From an uncultured Clostridia bacterium (GTDB lineage Bacteria; Bacillota; Clostridia; TANB77; CAG-508), in assembly GCA_944391575.1 (NCBI GenBank), contig CALXUC010000001.1:12841-76840 (forward strand): a stretch of 64,000 nucleotides of DNA, written 5' to 3'. The stretch's first letter is position 1. Each line of letters begins with the position of its first letter. The position numbers and the translations under genes are program-made. Positions 1-9,935 of this stretch are shown piece by piece. Under the pieces are notes generated by a model, which ran no database searches, was not told where the DNA came from, and saw only the letters and a list, made by a program, of their open reading frames with translations.

Positions 1-486
1 TTTTCAGCGTAATTTTGGTAAAATAATATATCTGCTATATCTTCGTATGGAATTATTATTCGTTCTTGTTTTCCGTATTTCTTTAATATTAATAATTCAG
101 TTTCAAAGAATAAATATAGAGTTTTATTATAATGGTTCTTGTAAATTAATACTCTTATCGCCATATATAATACATATACTCCTATTATTGCAACACAAGG
201 TAAAATACTTACAGCTGAAGTTTGTACAAGTAAAACAGCAATAAAAATTAATGTTACTAATGTTACAAAGTAATTTGATGCGAGTACTAATAAATTAAAT
301 TTTGGCTTTATTTTTAAAAGAGGTTTTACTTTTTCCTCTTCTTGTGGTACATTATTCCTGTTATTATTGTTATTTCTATTACTATTTAATCTCATACTAA
401 ATTCCATTCCTTTCTCGTTCACTCTAATGACACACATTGTTATGAAAGTTTTTCTTTCAAACTAATTATCTTTTTTCAAATTTATA

Positions 487-1206
487 TTAAAAAATTCTAA
501 GCACGTCATTATATGCTACATATATAGATAGTCCAAATAATAATACAAATCCTAAGAATTGTATATTCACTTCAAATTTTTCACTAAACGGTTTTCTTCT
601 GATTTTTTCTATAAGTAATAATAAAAATTTAAATCCATCTAATGGTGGTATTGGTAAAAGGTTTGTTACACCTAATGATAACGATACTAATGCTAGTAAA
701 TATACAAATTCTGTTAACGCCTTTGTTTCACTAACTACACTAGATATTCCAATAGGACCTGTAAATTGGTCTAATCCAACTTCACCTGTAAATAACATTT
801 TTAAACTTTCAAATATTGAAAAGAAAAAATCACCTGTTGCTACAATTCCTACATTAATTCCATGTAATGCTGTAATTAAAATAAAGAATGTTATTAAACC
901 AAATATTATATTGGCAAATCCTCCTGCTAATATAATTAACATTCTTTTCCAAATGCTTACACTTGTATAAGAATCGGGGTCAGAATTTTTTTCATCTAAC
1001 CCTTTTAAACTAACATAACCACCTAATGGTATTAATCTTAATGTATAAACTGTTTTATCAACTTCTTTTTGCAATATCTTTTTACCAAAACCTACAGAAA
1101 ATTCATTTACTTTAACTTTACACAATCTCGCTACAATATAATGTGCAAATTCATGCAAAATTATTAAAAATCCTAGCAAAAAAATGATTTTTATAATAGT
1201 TATCAT
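487..1206 (-). CDS. Site-2 protease family M50 zinc metalloprotease (RseP-like, no PDZ domain)
   Basis: HEFAH (HExxH) motif in N-terminal TM helix, LDG motif (PIPPLDG), multiple TM segments; position downstream of cdsA as in pyrH-frr-uppS-cdsA-(dxr)-rseP clusters. Confidence 0.8.
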   Translation of the reverse strand: MITIIKIIFLLGFLIILHEFAHYIVARLCKVKVNEFSVGFGKKILQKEVDKTVYTLRLIPLGGYVSLKGLDEKNSDPDSYTSVSIWKRMLIILAGGFANIIFGLITFFILITALHGINVGIVATGDFFFSIFESLKMLFTGEVGLDQFTGPIGISSVVSETKALTEFVYLLALVSLSLGVTNLLPIPPLDGFKFLLLLIEKIRRKPFSEKFEVNIQFLGFVLLFGLSIYVAYNDVLRIF

Positions 1207-1269
1207 TAAGTAAGCTCCTTATATAAAATAATTGAATTATTGTTTAATATTAACTATAAAATAATATTA

Positions 1270-2091
1270 TCATACAAACATCAATAAAAAGTATGCTGCT
1301 GGTGCTATAAATATCACACTATCGAATCTATCTAACATTCCACCGTGACCTGGAATTAAATTGCTAAAATCTTTTATACCTACATATCTCTTAACTGATG
1401 ATGCTGCAAAATCTCCCATTTGTCCTATTATGCTTAATATTATTGAGAATATAAACATTTTTTCATATGAAATGTTCAAGCCTGCATATTCATTAAATCC
1501 ATATGTAAATGCTAATGTTAATAAAACAGCTCCTATCACACCACCAATACAGCCTTCTATTGATTTTTTAGGACTTATTTTACTAAATTTATGTTTACCT
1601 ATTAATTTTCCAACTATATATGCAAATACATCTGTTCCCCAGCTTGCTGTAAATATAAACCATATTAAGTACTGACCATTTTCAAAACCTCTTACTAATG
1701 GAACAAACATTAAGAAAAATACTATATAACATATTCCAAAGAAAGTTATAGATATATCAACAATATTAATTTGCATTTTACTTCTAAATACTTCTATAAA
1801 TAGTAATACTATCATCAAAAAGAAGAAGAGACTTACATAATCAATCATAGATATAGCCGGTAATATATCAGGTAGTATATGCATAAATGCAATAAATATT
1901 GAGGCAAAATAGCCTATCCATATTATAGGCTTTGCCTTACCTTCAAAACATTTTAGAAATTCATGTAATGCAATAGCTGCAATTATAGCAAAAGCAAAAT
2001 CTACTACATAAACATTTCCAAATACTAATATTAATATTACGAGTGGCATTCCTAATAATGCCGATGTTATCCTACTTAAATTTATATTCAT
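1270..2091 (-). CDS. cdsA: Phosphatidate cytidylyltransferase
   Basis: Multi-TM protein with C-terminal CTP-transferase signature region (GKHKFSKISPKKSIEG...DRFDS), conserved synteny after uppS. Confidence 0.85.
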   Translation of the reverse strand: MNINLSRITSALLGMPLVILILVFGNVYVVDFAFAIIAAIALHEFLKCFEGKAKPIIWIGYFASIFIAFMHILPDILPAISMIDYVSLFFFLMIVLLFIEVFRSKMQINIVDISITFFGICYIVFFLMFVPLVRGFENGQYLIWFIFTASWGTDVFAYIVGKLIGKHKFSKISPKKSIEGCIGGVIGAVLLTLAFTYGFNEYAGLNISYEKMFIFSIILSIIGQMGDFAASSVKRYVGIKDFSNLIPGHGGMLDRFDSVIFIAPAAYFLLMFV

Positions 2092-2148
2092 ATTCTAAAT
2101 TGTACCTTTCAAAAATTGTAAAAACTATAAGCTTATGAAACTTAATAC

Positions 2149-2868
2149 CTATTTGCTTCCACCAAATCTTCTATTTCTTTTTTGATATTCTTTTATTGCC
2201 TCTATTAAATCATCTTCGCTAAATTCAGGCCAATGTTTTGTTGGGAAATAAAATTCTGAATACACAATTTGCCATGGTAAAAAGTTACTCGTTCTTATTT
2301 CTCCAGATGTTCTTATTAAAAAGTCTGGGTCTGGTAAGCCTTTAGTATATAAATTATTAGAAAAAACTTCTTCATTTATGTCTTCTACATTTAATTTTCC
2401 ATTTTTAACATCTTCTGCTATTTGTTTTACAGCTCGTATAATTTCTGCTCTTCCGCCATAATTAAATGCTATGCTTAATTGTAAACCTGTATTATTTTTA
2501 GTTTTCTCTTCAACTTCTTTTATGTAATTTTGCAATTTTTTAGATAAAACAGATGTATCTCCAAAAACTGTAATCTTAACATTTTCTAAATCATCTGTAT
2601 CTAATATTTCTTTTAAATATTTTTCTAGTAGAAATAATAACCCATTTACTTCTTCCTCAGTTCTTTTCCAATTTTCTGTTGAAAAAGCATATAAAGTTAA
2701 GTACTTTATTCCTAATTTATTTGCAAATTTCGTAATTCTCTTTACATTTTGTGATCCTTCCTTATGTCCCTCTTTAGGATCTAATCCATGTGCCCTTGCC
2801 CATCTTCTGTTCCCATCTAATATCATTGCTATATGTTTTGGTAAATTTTCATTATCTATATCATACAT
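2149..2868 (-). CDS. uppS: Isoprenyl transferase / undecaprenyl diphosphate synthase
   Basis: HIAMILDGNRRWA motif, ...FSTENWKR..., typical cis-prenyltransferase length (239 aa). Confidence 0.9.
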   Translation of the reverse strand: MYDIDNENLPKHIAMILDGNRRWARAHGLDPKEGHKEGSQNVKRITKFANKLGIKYLTLYAFSTENWKRTEEEVNGLLFLLEKYLKEILDTDDLENVKITVFGDTSVLSKKLQNYIKEVEEKTKNNTGLQLSIAFNYGGRAEIIRAVKQIAEDVKNGKLNVEDINEEVFSNNLYTKGLPDPDFLIRTSGEIRTSNFLPWQIVYSEFYFPTKHWPEFSEDDLIEAIKEYQKRNRRFGGSK

Positions 2869-2894
2869 AACTTTATAACTCCTTACTAATTTTT

Positions 2895-3800
2895 TTATTT
2901 TTCTCTATCTTTTATATACATAGCTAATTCTTTTAAGAATTTTGCTTTTTCACCATATTTATGTATACTATCTATTGCTTCAAAAGTAATATTTTCTAAT
3001 ATATCTTCAGCTACTTCTAGCCCATACATTGATACATAAGTAGATTTATTTTTTTCTTTATCATTACCTACAGGTTTTCCCATAATCTTTTCATCACCGA
3101 TTTCAGATAATATATCATCTTTTATTTGAAATGCTAAACCTATTTTTTTAGCATAAGTTGATACACTCTCAAAATCTTCTTTTGAAGCTTTTGCCATTAT
3201 GGCTCCTATTTTTACGGCTGCTTCTATTAAAGCGCCTGTTTTATTTTCGTGTATATAATCTAACAATTCTATTGGTATTTCTTTATTTTCAGATTCTGTA
3301 TCTATATATTCGCCAATTATCATTCTGTCAGTTGCATTTGTTAGTATTTGCATTGCTTTTACATCATTATTTACATTTTTACCCTCTTCTATCTTCTTAC
3401 AAATATAACTACTAATATTATTATATGCACCATTTAACAATTTATCTCCAGCAAGTATAGCTGTCGCCTCGTTAAACGCTTTATGATTAGTTAATTTACC
3501 ATGTCTCATGTCGTCATTATCTATTCCTGGCAAGTCATCATGTATTAAAGAAAAATTATGTATCATCTCCATTGAAATTACGTAAGGTAAGCACTTATCG
3601 TAATTGCAATTTTCATTTTTACAAAGCATTTTATATGTCGCAAGTATTAATATTGGTCTTATCCTCTTTCCACCTGCCATCAAACTATATTCTGTTGAAG
3701 CGTTTAAAACTTCTTCAGGACATTTCTCGTAATTTATACTTTCTTGTAATTTATCATTAACATATTTTTGGTACTCTTTTAACTCTTCTTTAAAATTCAT
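2895..3800 (-). CDS. Polyprenyl synthetase (farnesyl/geranylgeranyl diphosphate synthase, trans-IPPS)
   Basis: Two Asp-rich motifs (LIHDDLPGIDNDDMRHG; FQIKDDILS), 301 aa. Confidence 0.8.
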   Translation of the reverse strand: MNFKEELKEYQKYVNDKLQESINYEKCPEEVLNASTEYSLMAGGKRIRPILILATYKMLCKNENCNYDKCLPYVISMEMIHNFSLIHDDLPGIDNDDMRHGKLTNHKAFNEATAILAGDKLLNGAYNNISSYICKKIEEGKNVNNDVKAMQILTNATDRMIIGEYIDTESENKEIPIELLDYIHENKTGALIEAAVKIGAIMAKASKEDFESVSTYAKKIGLAFQIKDDILSEIGDEKIMGKPVGNDKEKNKSTYVSMYGLEVAEDILENITFEAIDSIHKYGEKAKFLKELAMYIKDREK

Positions 3801-3839
3801 TATTACTTTCCTTTCTTTTTTAACTTTAAGAAATTCAAG

Positions 3840-4415
3840 CTATATAGACATAACTTCTTTTTCTTTTTCATCAGTCATTTTATCTATTTCATCTATATAT
3901 TTATCTGTTAATTTTTGAATCTCATTTTCAGAATTTCTCAATTCATCTTCAGTTATTTTAGAATCTTTTTGCATAGCTTTTGCTTCGTCCATTCCATCTC
4001 TTCTTATAGCTCTTACACTAACTTTAGCATCTTCAGATAATTTTTTCACTTCTTTTACTATCTCTTTTCTTCTTTCTTCATTTAATTCTGGGAAATTTAA
4101 TCTAATAACTTTTCCATCATTATTTGGATTTATACCAATTTCTGCTTTTAATATTTCTTTTTCAATTTCTTTTAATAAAGAAGCCTCCCAAGGTTGTATT
4201 ACGATTAACCTTGCTTCTGGCACAGATATACCGGCTACTTGATTAATAGGTGTTGGTACACCATAATAATTTACTTTTATTTTATTTAATATAGCTGGAT
4301 TAGCACGCCCTGCTCTTATTTCAGCTAAATTTTCTGCAAACACACTTATTGTTTTTTGCATTCTTTCTTCTATATTTTTAAAATCCATTTTAAATCCTCC
4401 TAAATTATTTTTCAT
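3840..4415 (-). CDS. frr: Ribosome recycling factor
   Basis: Characteristic Frr sequence ([14 protein letters not shown]..., [15 protein letters not shown]), about 185 aa, downstream of pyrH. Confidence 0.9.
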   Translation of the reverse strand: MKNNLGGFKMDFKNIEERMQKTISVFAENLAEIRAGRANPAILNKIKVNYYGVPTPINQVAGISVPEARLIVIQPWEASLLKEIEKEILKAEIGINPNNDGKVIRLNFPELNEERRKEIVKEVKKLSEDAKVSVRAIRRDGMDEAKAMQKDSKITEDELRNSENEIQKLTDKYIDEIDKMTDEKEKEVMSI

Positions 4416-4532
4416 ATATCATATCATTTTTTTGGAAATATTACAATATTTATTAAGAATTTTTTAATTTTTTATTAAATTCATACTTCTTATTATAAAA
4501 TATTTTATAGTACTTATATATTAATATTTTGC

Positions 4533-4585
4533 AATCAAAGACCCGGATTGTTAAGCCCTAGCTATGTTTTTGATAAAAAATATTA
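4533..4585. repeat. Partial copy of dispersed MITE-like palindromic element (family 1)
   Basis: Core aagacccggattgtt..gccctagctatgttttgataaaaa matches the centre of full copies at 53324 and 58101. Confidence 0.6.
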
Positions 4586-4721
4586 ATATATAAGTGCTAT
4601 AATATTTATTTAACTATGTATTATAACTTTCCACATCTATTTTACTATAAATATAGAAAAATAGCAAGATTAAATCTTGCTATTTTTAAATTATTAGTAA
4701 TTACTCAAAATATACTTGCTA

Positions 4722-4835
4722 AAAGCTTGATATATAGCTATTTTTAGTCAAAACATAGCTTGGGTGACACAATCCGGGTCTTGACTTGCAAATAGCTATA
4801 TATCAAGCTTTCATTTAAATACCTGTTAAATTGTT
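4722..4835. repeat. Full copy of MITE-like palindromic element (family 1), between pyrH and frr
   Basis: aaagcttgatatatagctatttttagtcaaaacatagcttgggtgacacaatccgggtcttgacttgcaaatagctatatatcaagcttt...ttaaattgt; about 20 bp terminal inverted repeats (aagcttgatatatagctatt / aatagctatatatcaagctt). Confidence 0.8.
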
Positions 4836-4842
4836 ACAATTA

Positions 4843-5544
4843 TTATTCCACTATAGTTCCTATATTTTCACCTTCGATTATTTTCACCATATTTTCAGGT
4901 TCATCTATTCCAAATACAACTAATGGTATATTATTGTCTCTACATAGTGATGTAGCTGTTGAGTCCATTACTTTTAAGTCTTTGTTCAATATATCTAAAT
5001 ATGTTATTTTATCATATTTTTCAGCTGTTTTATCTTTTTTAGGGTCTGCTGAGTATACACCATCTATTGTTTTTGCTAATAGTATTACTTCTGCCCCTAT
5101 TTCTGCAGCTCTCAGTGCTGCTGCAGTATCTGTGGTAAAGAAAGGATTTCCTGTTCCTGCTCCAAATATAACTACTCTATTTTTTTCTAAATGTCTTATC
5201 GCTTTTCTTTTTATATATGGTTCTGCAATTTCTCTCATTTCTATTGCAGTTTGAACTCGTGTTTGAACACCTTTAGCTTCAAGAGCTTCTTGTAATGCTA
5301 ATGCATTTATAGTAGTGGCTAGCATTCCCATATAATCTGAAGTTGTTCTTTCCATCGTATAGCCGTCTCTACCTCTCCAGAAATTTCCGCCTCCTACTAC
5401 TATTGCTACTCTTACATCTTTTTCATGTAATTTTTTTATAGCTTCACATATATTTGAGACTGTTGCAGGGTCTATTCCTGTTTTTTTGTCTCCTGCTAAG
5501 GCTTCTCCACTTAATTTTAATAATATTTTTTTATATTTTACCAT
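4843..5544 (-). CDS. pyrH: UMP kinase
   Basis: KLSGEAL...[10 protein letters not shown]... amino-acid kinase signature, 233 aa. Confidence 0.9.
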   Translation of the reverse strand: MVKYKKILLKLSGEALAGDKKTGIDPATVSNICEAIKKLHEKDVRVAIVVGGGNFWRGRDGYTMERTTSDYMGMLATTINALALQEALEAKGVQTRVQTAIEMREIAEPYIKRKAIRHLEKNRVVIFGAGTGNPFFTTDTAAALRAAEIGAEVILLAKTIDGVYSADPKKDKTAEKYDKITYLDILNKDLKVMDSTATSLCRDNNIPLVVFGIDEPENMVKIIEGENIGTIVE

Positions 5545-5602
5545 ATTTTTATCCTTTCTTAATTATTTTTAATAAGTTTTTAAATATAATTTTTTTGAGT
5601 TA

Positions 5603-5712
5603 ATTATCAAATAAAATATTCGTTAAATTTCTAAAATATTTTTTACGGCACCCTTCCAAGGTAAACTTGAACACTTTCCGTAAAAAATATTAAGAAATTT
5701 TAACTCTATTTT
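5603..5712. repeat. Structured intergenic repeat (family 2), copy 1; inverted partner at 48357-48469
   Basis: About 110 bp at roughly 90% identity to the reverse complement of 48357-48469. Contains a 14 bp perfect stem aatattttttacgg/ccgtaaaaaatatt enclosing an inner palindrome. Confidence 0.75.
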
Positions 5713-5753
5713 ATTATGAATAATATAACTCTGCAAAAATTATATTTAAAAAC

Positions 5754-6524
5754 TTATGCTAAATTATTAACAATATTTCTATTTTTTAAAATTTTTTCAG
5801 CATTTAAGTACATTAATTCTTCTAAATATTCTGCAGATGTTACTTTTCCAAGTTTTTTTATTATTTCTGGTAAGTACGTATATATAGTTTGTTCATGATG
5901 TACGTCACTAGCTAAGTAATCTATTTTTTCTTTTTTCAATAATTTTTTTACTGTTTTTTGAGCTCCTTTACCGTAATACCCTATTATAGATGCGTAATTT
6001 GATTGTATTTTTGCTCCCATTTCTATAAATTTATCTACTAAATCTATATCGTTTTGAACAAATTTATATCTTTCTACATGTGCTATTATAGGGTGGTATC
6101 CTAATTCGATTAATTTTAAGATTTCATTTTCTAAATATAATTGATGCACTTCAAATGATGTTTCTAGTAATATATATTTTGAATCTGCTAATGTAAAATA
6201 TTTATCTAGTTCTTTATCCATTTCTGGAAAGATATATACTTCATTACCATAATATAAGTTTATGTCTAAGTATTCTCTTTCTATAACATTTACTAATTCT
6301 TTATATTTTTCTAATAATAGAGATTTACTATTTTCAAATACAGTTTTATAATGATGAGGAGTTAAAATTATATCTGTAACTCCTGCTTTTCTGGCTTCTT
6401 TTAATATATTTATAGTTTCTTCTATACTTTTAGAGCCATCATCTACATTATTCATTATATGAGTATGTATATCAAATATTTTCACATTTCCTGATTTATT
6501 CATGTTACAAATTATTCCTTTCAA
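5754..6524 (-). CDS. Capsular polysaccharide tyrosine-protein phosphatase (CpsB/YwqE PHP family)
   Basis: N-terminal DIHTHIMNNVDDGSKS motif typical of Mn-dependent CpsB/Cap8C phosphatases; adjacent to the Wze-like kinase. Confidence 0.8.
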   Translation of the reverse strand: MKGIICNMNKSGNVKIFDIHTHIMNNVDDGSKSIEETINILKEARKAGVTDIILTPHHYKTVFENSKSLLLEKYKELVNVIEREYLDINLYYGNEVYIFPEMDKELDKYFTLADSKYILLETSFEVHQLYLENEILKLIELGYHPIIAHVERYKFVQNDIDLVDKFIEMGAKIQSNYASIIGYYGKGAQKTVKKLLKKEKIDYLASDVHHEQTIYTYLPEIIKKLGKVTSAEYLEELMYLNAEKILKNRNIVNNLA

Positions 6525-6540
6525 AATAATATGATATTTT

Positions 6541-7269
6541 CTAATCTCTCATTCTTTTATTTGGTTTTGATAAAGAATTTTCATGATAATATGAACTGTA
6601 TCCATAAGATTTTCTAGTATATGGTACTTTATTAAATACTATACCTACTATATTTCCACCTGCTTTTTTTAAGTCTTTTATCATCTTTTTCAAATCTTCT
6701 GCTTTTCTTCTTCCTTGCTCTAGCACTATAACTATACCATCTACTTTACTTGCTAAAAGACTTGCATCAGCTACTGCTGTCACTGGTGGTGCGTCTATTA
6801 TAACTCTATCTGCTACATCTTGCATTTCATTTATTAAATACACCATTTTTTTGCTTAATAATAATTCTGTTGGGTTAGAAGGGCAATTTCCTGTTGGTAT
6901 TATTTTTAAGTTTGCCATTGCTGTTCCTTTTACGTAATCTACTAATTGAATATTTTCTCCTTCTTTTCTTTTACCAGATAAAATATCAACTAGACCAGGT
7001 CTTATTGATGTTTGAAAAATATCGTGTTGTCTACCTCTTCTCATATCAGTATCTAATAAAATTACATTATCATTTTTTTGTGCAAAAGACACAGCAAGAT
7101 TTGCAGAAACCCAGCTTTTACCTTCTCCACTCTCAAAACTTGTTACTAATATTGTCTTTATTTCTTGATTTGATCTTGTTTTGCTAAATAATATATTTGT
7201 TCTTAAACTTCTAAAAGTTTCTGCTATTGCTGAATTAGGTTGTTCAAAAGTAATTAATTCACTATTCAT
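6541..7269 (-). CDS. Tyrosine-protein kinase (CpsD/Wze/YwqD BY-kinase ATPase)
   Basis: Walker A (SFESGEGKSWVSANLA), Walker B (VIIDAPP), C-terminal Tyr-rich tail (SYGYSSYYH). Confidence 0.8.
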   Translation of the reverse strand: MNSELITFEQPNSAIAETFRSLRTNILFSKTRSNQEIKTILVTSFESGEGKSWVSANLAVSFAQKNDNVILLDTDMRRGRQHDIFQTSIRPGLVDILSGKRKEGENIQLVDYVKGTAMANLKIIPTGNCPSNPTELLLSKKMVYLINEMQDVADRVIIDAPPVTAVADASLLASKVDGIVIVLEQGRRKAEDLKKMIKDLKKAGGNIVGIVFNKVPYTRKSYGYSSYYHENSLSKPNKRMRD

Positions 7270-8027
7270 TATCTTAAGCTGCCTCCCTTCTTAGTATTCA
7301 TTTTTGAAATTTCTGCCAATACTGGGATATTTGTTACTTTCTCAATATCTGAAACTGTTTTAATTTTTACATTTAACATTTCCATTACTAATATGTACAT
7401 TGCAACTAATACAAAGCCAATAAAAACAAATATTACAATATCTTTAACGTGATTTACATTAACTGGATTTGTATTTACAGCAGGTTGGTCTACTACATAT
7501 ACATTGTTTATATTATATGCTTCATTTATTTTTTCTGTAAAAGCAACTAATAATTCACTTGCTATTGCTTGAGCTAAATTAGGATCTTCGTTTCTAACAG
7601 TTATTTTTATAATAGCTGTATCATCTACTGCTGAAACTGTTATATTATTCATTATGTCAGCTTCTGTTAAATTTTCAGTTCCGCTTACTTCTGAATTTTC
7701 TTTTAATTTTGTTAATACATCAGTTGCTACTGTTTTAGTCTTTATTAATTCACCATATGTAGAAATTAAGCTTTTATTTAAAGTTAAATCAGTTTGTGTT
7801 ATAGTTTGATCTGTAGTAGATGTATCTATAGGCGCTCCTGTTGTTGGATCTACTGGTGTCTCTGCGTTTCTACCTAATAATACTTGCGAATATGATTCGT
7901 ACATTGGTGTTACAAAGAAAAATGAGTACACTACTCCTATAATGAAAAAGACTAATACTACAATGCCTATTATTATCTTCTTTTCCCAAAAGGCAACTAA
8001 TAATTCTTTTAAATCTAATTCTTCCAC
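7269..8027 (-). CDS. Polysaccharide chain-length determinant / BY-kinase modulator (CpsC/Wzz/YwqC)
   Basis: N- and C-terminal TM helices flanking an extracellular domain; translationally coupled to the kinase gene. Confidence 0.7.
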   Translation of the reverse strand: MEELDLKELLVAFWEKKIIIGIVVLVFFIIGVVYSFFFVTPMYESYSQVLLGRNAETPVDPTTGAPIDTSTTDQTITQTDLTLNKSLISTYGELIKTKTVATDVLTKLKENSEVSGTENLTEADIMNNITVSAVDDTAIIKITVRNEDPNLAQAIASELLVAFTEKINEAYNINNVYVVDQPAVNTNPVNVNHVKDIVIFVFIGFVLVAMYILVMEMLNVKIKTVSDIEKVTNIPVLAEISKMNTKKGGSLR

Positions 8028-8151
8028 ATAAATTCTCCTTTAAATTTTTTAACTAACATCAAATATTATACATTAATTTTGAATTTTTTTCAATAGTTTT
8101 GAGAGTGAATTTTTTCAAATCATTAAATATTTATAATAAGAAAATAATACT

Positions 8152-8290
8152 TTCGTCCACTTGCGTTTGCATTCGTCCAGTTTTTATTTGAATTATTTTC
8201 TCTGCATAATAAAAAACGTTGAAATATCAACGTTTTTCAATTTTAATATTCGTCCACTTGCGTTTGTTTTCGTCCAGTTTTATGTTTGTT
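8152..8290. repeat. Two ~40 bp direct repeats (ttcgtccacttgcgtttgNNttcgtccagtttt) flanking a hairpin
   Basis: Copies at 8152-8194 and 8248-8290; the hairpin aaaaaacgttgaaatatcaacgttttt (8211-8237) lies between them. Immediately downstream of the HicB-like gene. Confidence 0.7.
8211..8237. terminator. Bidirectional rho-independent terminator hairpin
   Basis: aaaaaacgttgaaatatcaacgttttt: perfect stem with A/T runs on both sides. Confidence 0.6.
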
Positions 8291-8739
8291 TATTCTTTAT
8301 ATATCTTTTGTAATAGTGCTTCTTCTAATGTTTTTGAAAAATTAATTTTTAAGCTTTCTGCTTTTGTATTTATCCATCTAGGAATATTTACAGTCTTTTT
8401 TACCAATTCTTTTCCCCATTTTTCTGCGTACATATTTATATCTACTGCTATATATGTTTTAAATTTAGAAACATAATCCCAATCTTGTATATCTAAAGAT
8501 TTTTCTAATTCTTCAAATGATACATCTTCAATTTTACTTGCTTGTGGTATTTGTTTACCATCTTCCATTTCATCTAATACTAAACCTGCAATTAAGTCCT
8601 CTGCCATTGACATAGCTTCTTCTAACGTACTACCACAAGTAGAAGCACTTGTATCTAACGCTTTTTGTAAATCTGGGACAAAAACAGAATATCCTCCTTC
8701 TTTTTCTTCATAAAATAATACAGGATAAATAACTTTCAT
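8290..8739 (-). CDS. HicB-family antitoxin-like protein (UPF0150 N-terminal domain); no adjacent hicA
   Basis: N-terminus YPVLFYEEKEGGYSVFVPDL...STCGSTLEEAMSMAEDLIAGL matches the HicB/UPF0150 fold signature; strong RBS; embedded inside the cps locus. Confidence 0.6.
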   Translation of the reverse strand: MKVIYPVLFYEEKEGGYSVFVPDLQKALDTSASTCGSTLEEAMSMAEDLIAGLVLDEMEDGKQIPQASKIEDVSFEELEKSLDIQDWDYVSKFKTYIAVDINMYAEKWGKELVKKTVNIPRWINTKAESLKINFSKTLEEALLQKIYKE

Positions 8740-8761
8740 TATTAGACCTCCTATCCATTTA

Positions 8762-8793
8762 CAAGCAAGGGTTTATTTCAACCCTGCTTGTTT
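8762..8793 (-). terminator. Terminator hairpin downstream of the epimerase gene
   Basis: acaagcaagggtttatttcaaccctgcttgt inverted repeat followed by a T-run on the minus strand. Confidence 0.55.
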
Positions 8794-8808
8794 TAAAATC
8801 AAGAATTT

Positions 8809-9834
8809 TTACATATGAAACTCTTTATACCATTCAGCAAATTTTCTTAATCCTTCTCTTAATGATGTAGTTGGTTTAAAGCCAAAATCTCTTTCCAAAG
8901 GTGTAGTATCTGCGTATGTTATAGGCACATCTCCCGGTTGCATTGGCACCAATTCTTTATGCGCTTCAAAGTCGTAATCTTTTGGTAATACTCCTGCTCT
9001 TATTAATTCTTCTTGAAGAATATTAACAAATTCTAATAAGTTTTCAGGTTGATTATTGCCTATATTATATATAGCATATGGTGCTATTGGTAATCCATCT
9101 TCTCCTTTTTTTCTTTCAGGAGCTTTTTTCATTACTCTTACTATACCTTCTACTATATCATCTATATATGTGAAATCTCTTTTACAATTTCCATAATTAA
9201 ATATTTGTATTTTTTCGCCTTTTATTAATTTATTTGTAAATCCAAAATATGCCATATCTGGTCTTCCTGCTGGTCCGTATACTGTAAAAAATCTTAATCC
9301 AGTTGAAGGTATATCGTATAATTTTGAATATGCGTGTGCCATTAATTCGTCTGATTTTTTTGTTGCTGCATATAAGCTAACTGGGTTATCTACTTTATCA
9401 TCTGTTGAATATGGCACTTTTTTATTTGTACCATATACTGATGAACTTGAAGCATATACTAAATGTTCTACTGGATAATGCCTACAACCTTCTAAAATAT
9501 TGAAAAATCCTATTAAGTTTGATTCTACATATGCATCTGGATTTATAATTGAATATCTAACACCTGCTTGAGCTGCTAAATTAACTACTATTTGAGGTTT
9601 ATGTTCTTCAAATATTTTCATTATTAATTCTTTATCGGCTATATTTCCTTTTACAAATGTATAGTTTGGAAATTCTTGTAATTCTTTAAGTCTTGCTTCC
9701 TTTATTTTTACGTCGTAATAGTCATTCATATTGTCTATTCCTACTACTTTTATGTCTTCATTTTCTTTTAACAATCTTTTACATAGATTTGAACCTATGA
9801 AGCCTGAGGCTCCTGTGATAAAGTATGTTTTCAT
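8809..9834 (-). CDS. NAD-dependent epimerase (UDP-glucuronate 4-epimerase-like, SDR family)
   Basis: GASGFIGSNL Rossmann motif, YASSSSVYG, YxxxK; next to ugd. Confidence 0.75.
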   Translation of the reverse strand: MKTYFITGASGFIGSNLCKRLLKENEDIKVVGIDNMNDYYDVKIKEARLKELQEFPNYTFVKGNIADKELIMKIFEEHKPQIVVNLAAQAGVRYSIINPDAYVESNLIGFFNILEGCRHYPVEHLVYASSSSVYGTNKKVPYSTDDKVDNPVSLYAATKKSDELMAHAYSKLYDIPSTGLRFFTVYGPAGRPDMAYFGFTNKLIKGEKIQIFNYGNCKRDFTYIDDIVEGIVRVMKKAPERKKGEDGLPIAPYAIYNIGNNQPENLLEFVNILQEELIRAGVLPKDYDFEAHKELVPMQPGDVPITYADTTPLERDFGFKPTTSLREGLRKFAEWYKEFHM

Positions 9835-9935
9835 TTGATTACTCCTTTTTTTATAAATTTTTATATAATAATTATTTTATTCATATTTTTACTATCAAAA
9901 ATATGAATAAATAATATTATAATCGTAAAATATTT

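Noticed and set aside
1361-1675. Plus-strand ORFs embedded antisense within long minus-strand genes (1361-1675, 3158-3415, 4934-5254, 12078-12668, 14987-15457, 56471-57109, 62564-63268 and similar)
   Set aside because: All lie wholly inside well-supported conserved genes on the opposite strand (cdsA, polyprenyl synthase, pyrH, wzx, GT4, ABC exporter, glucan phosphorylase). They have low-complexity translations and no RBS, which is typical of spurious antisense ORFs in AT-rich DNA.
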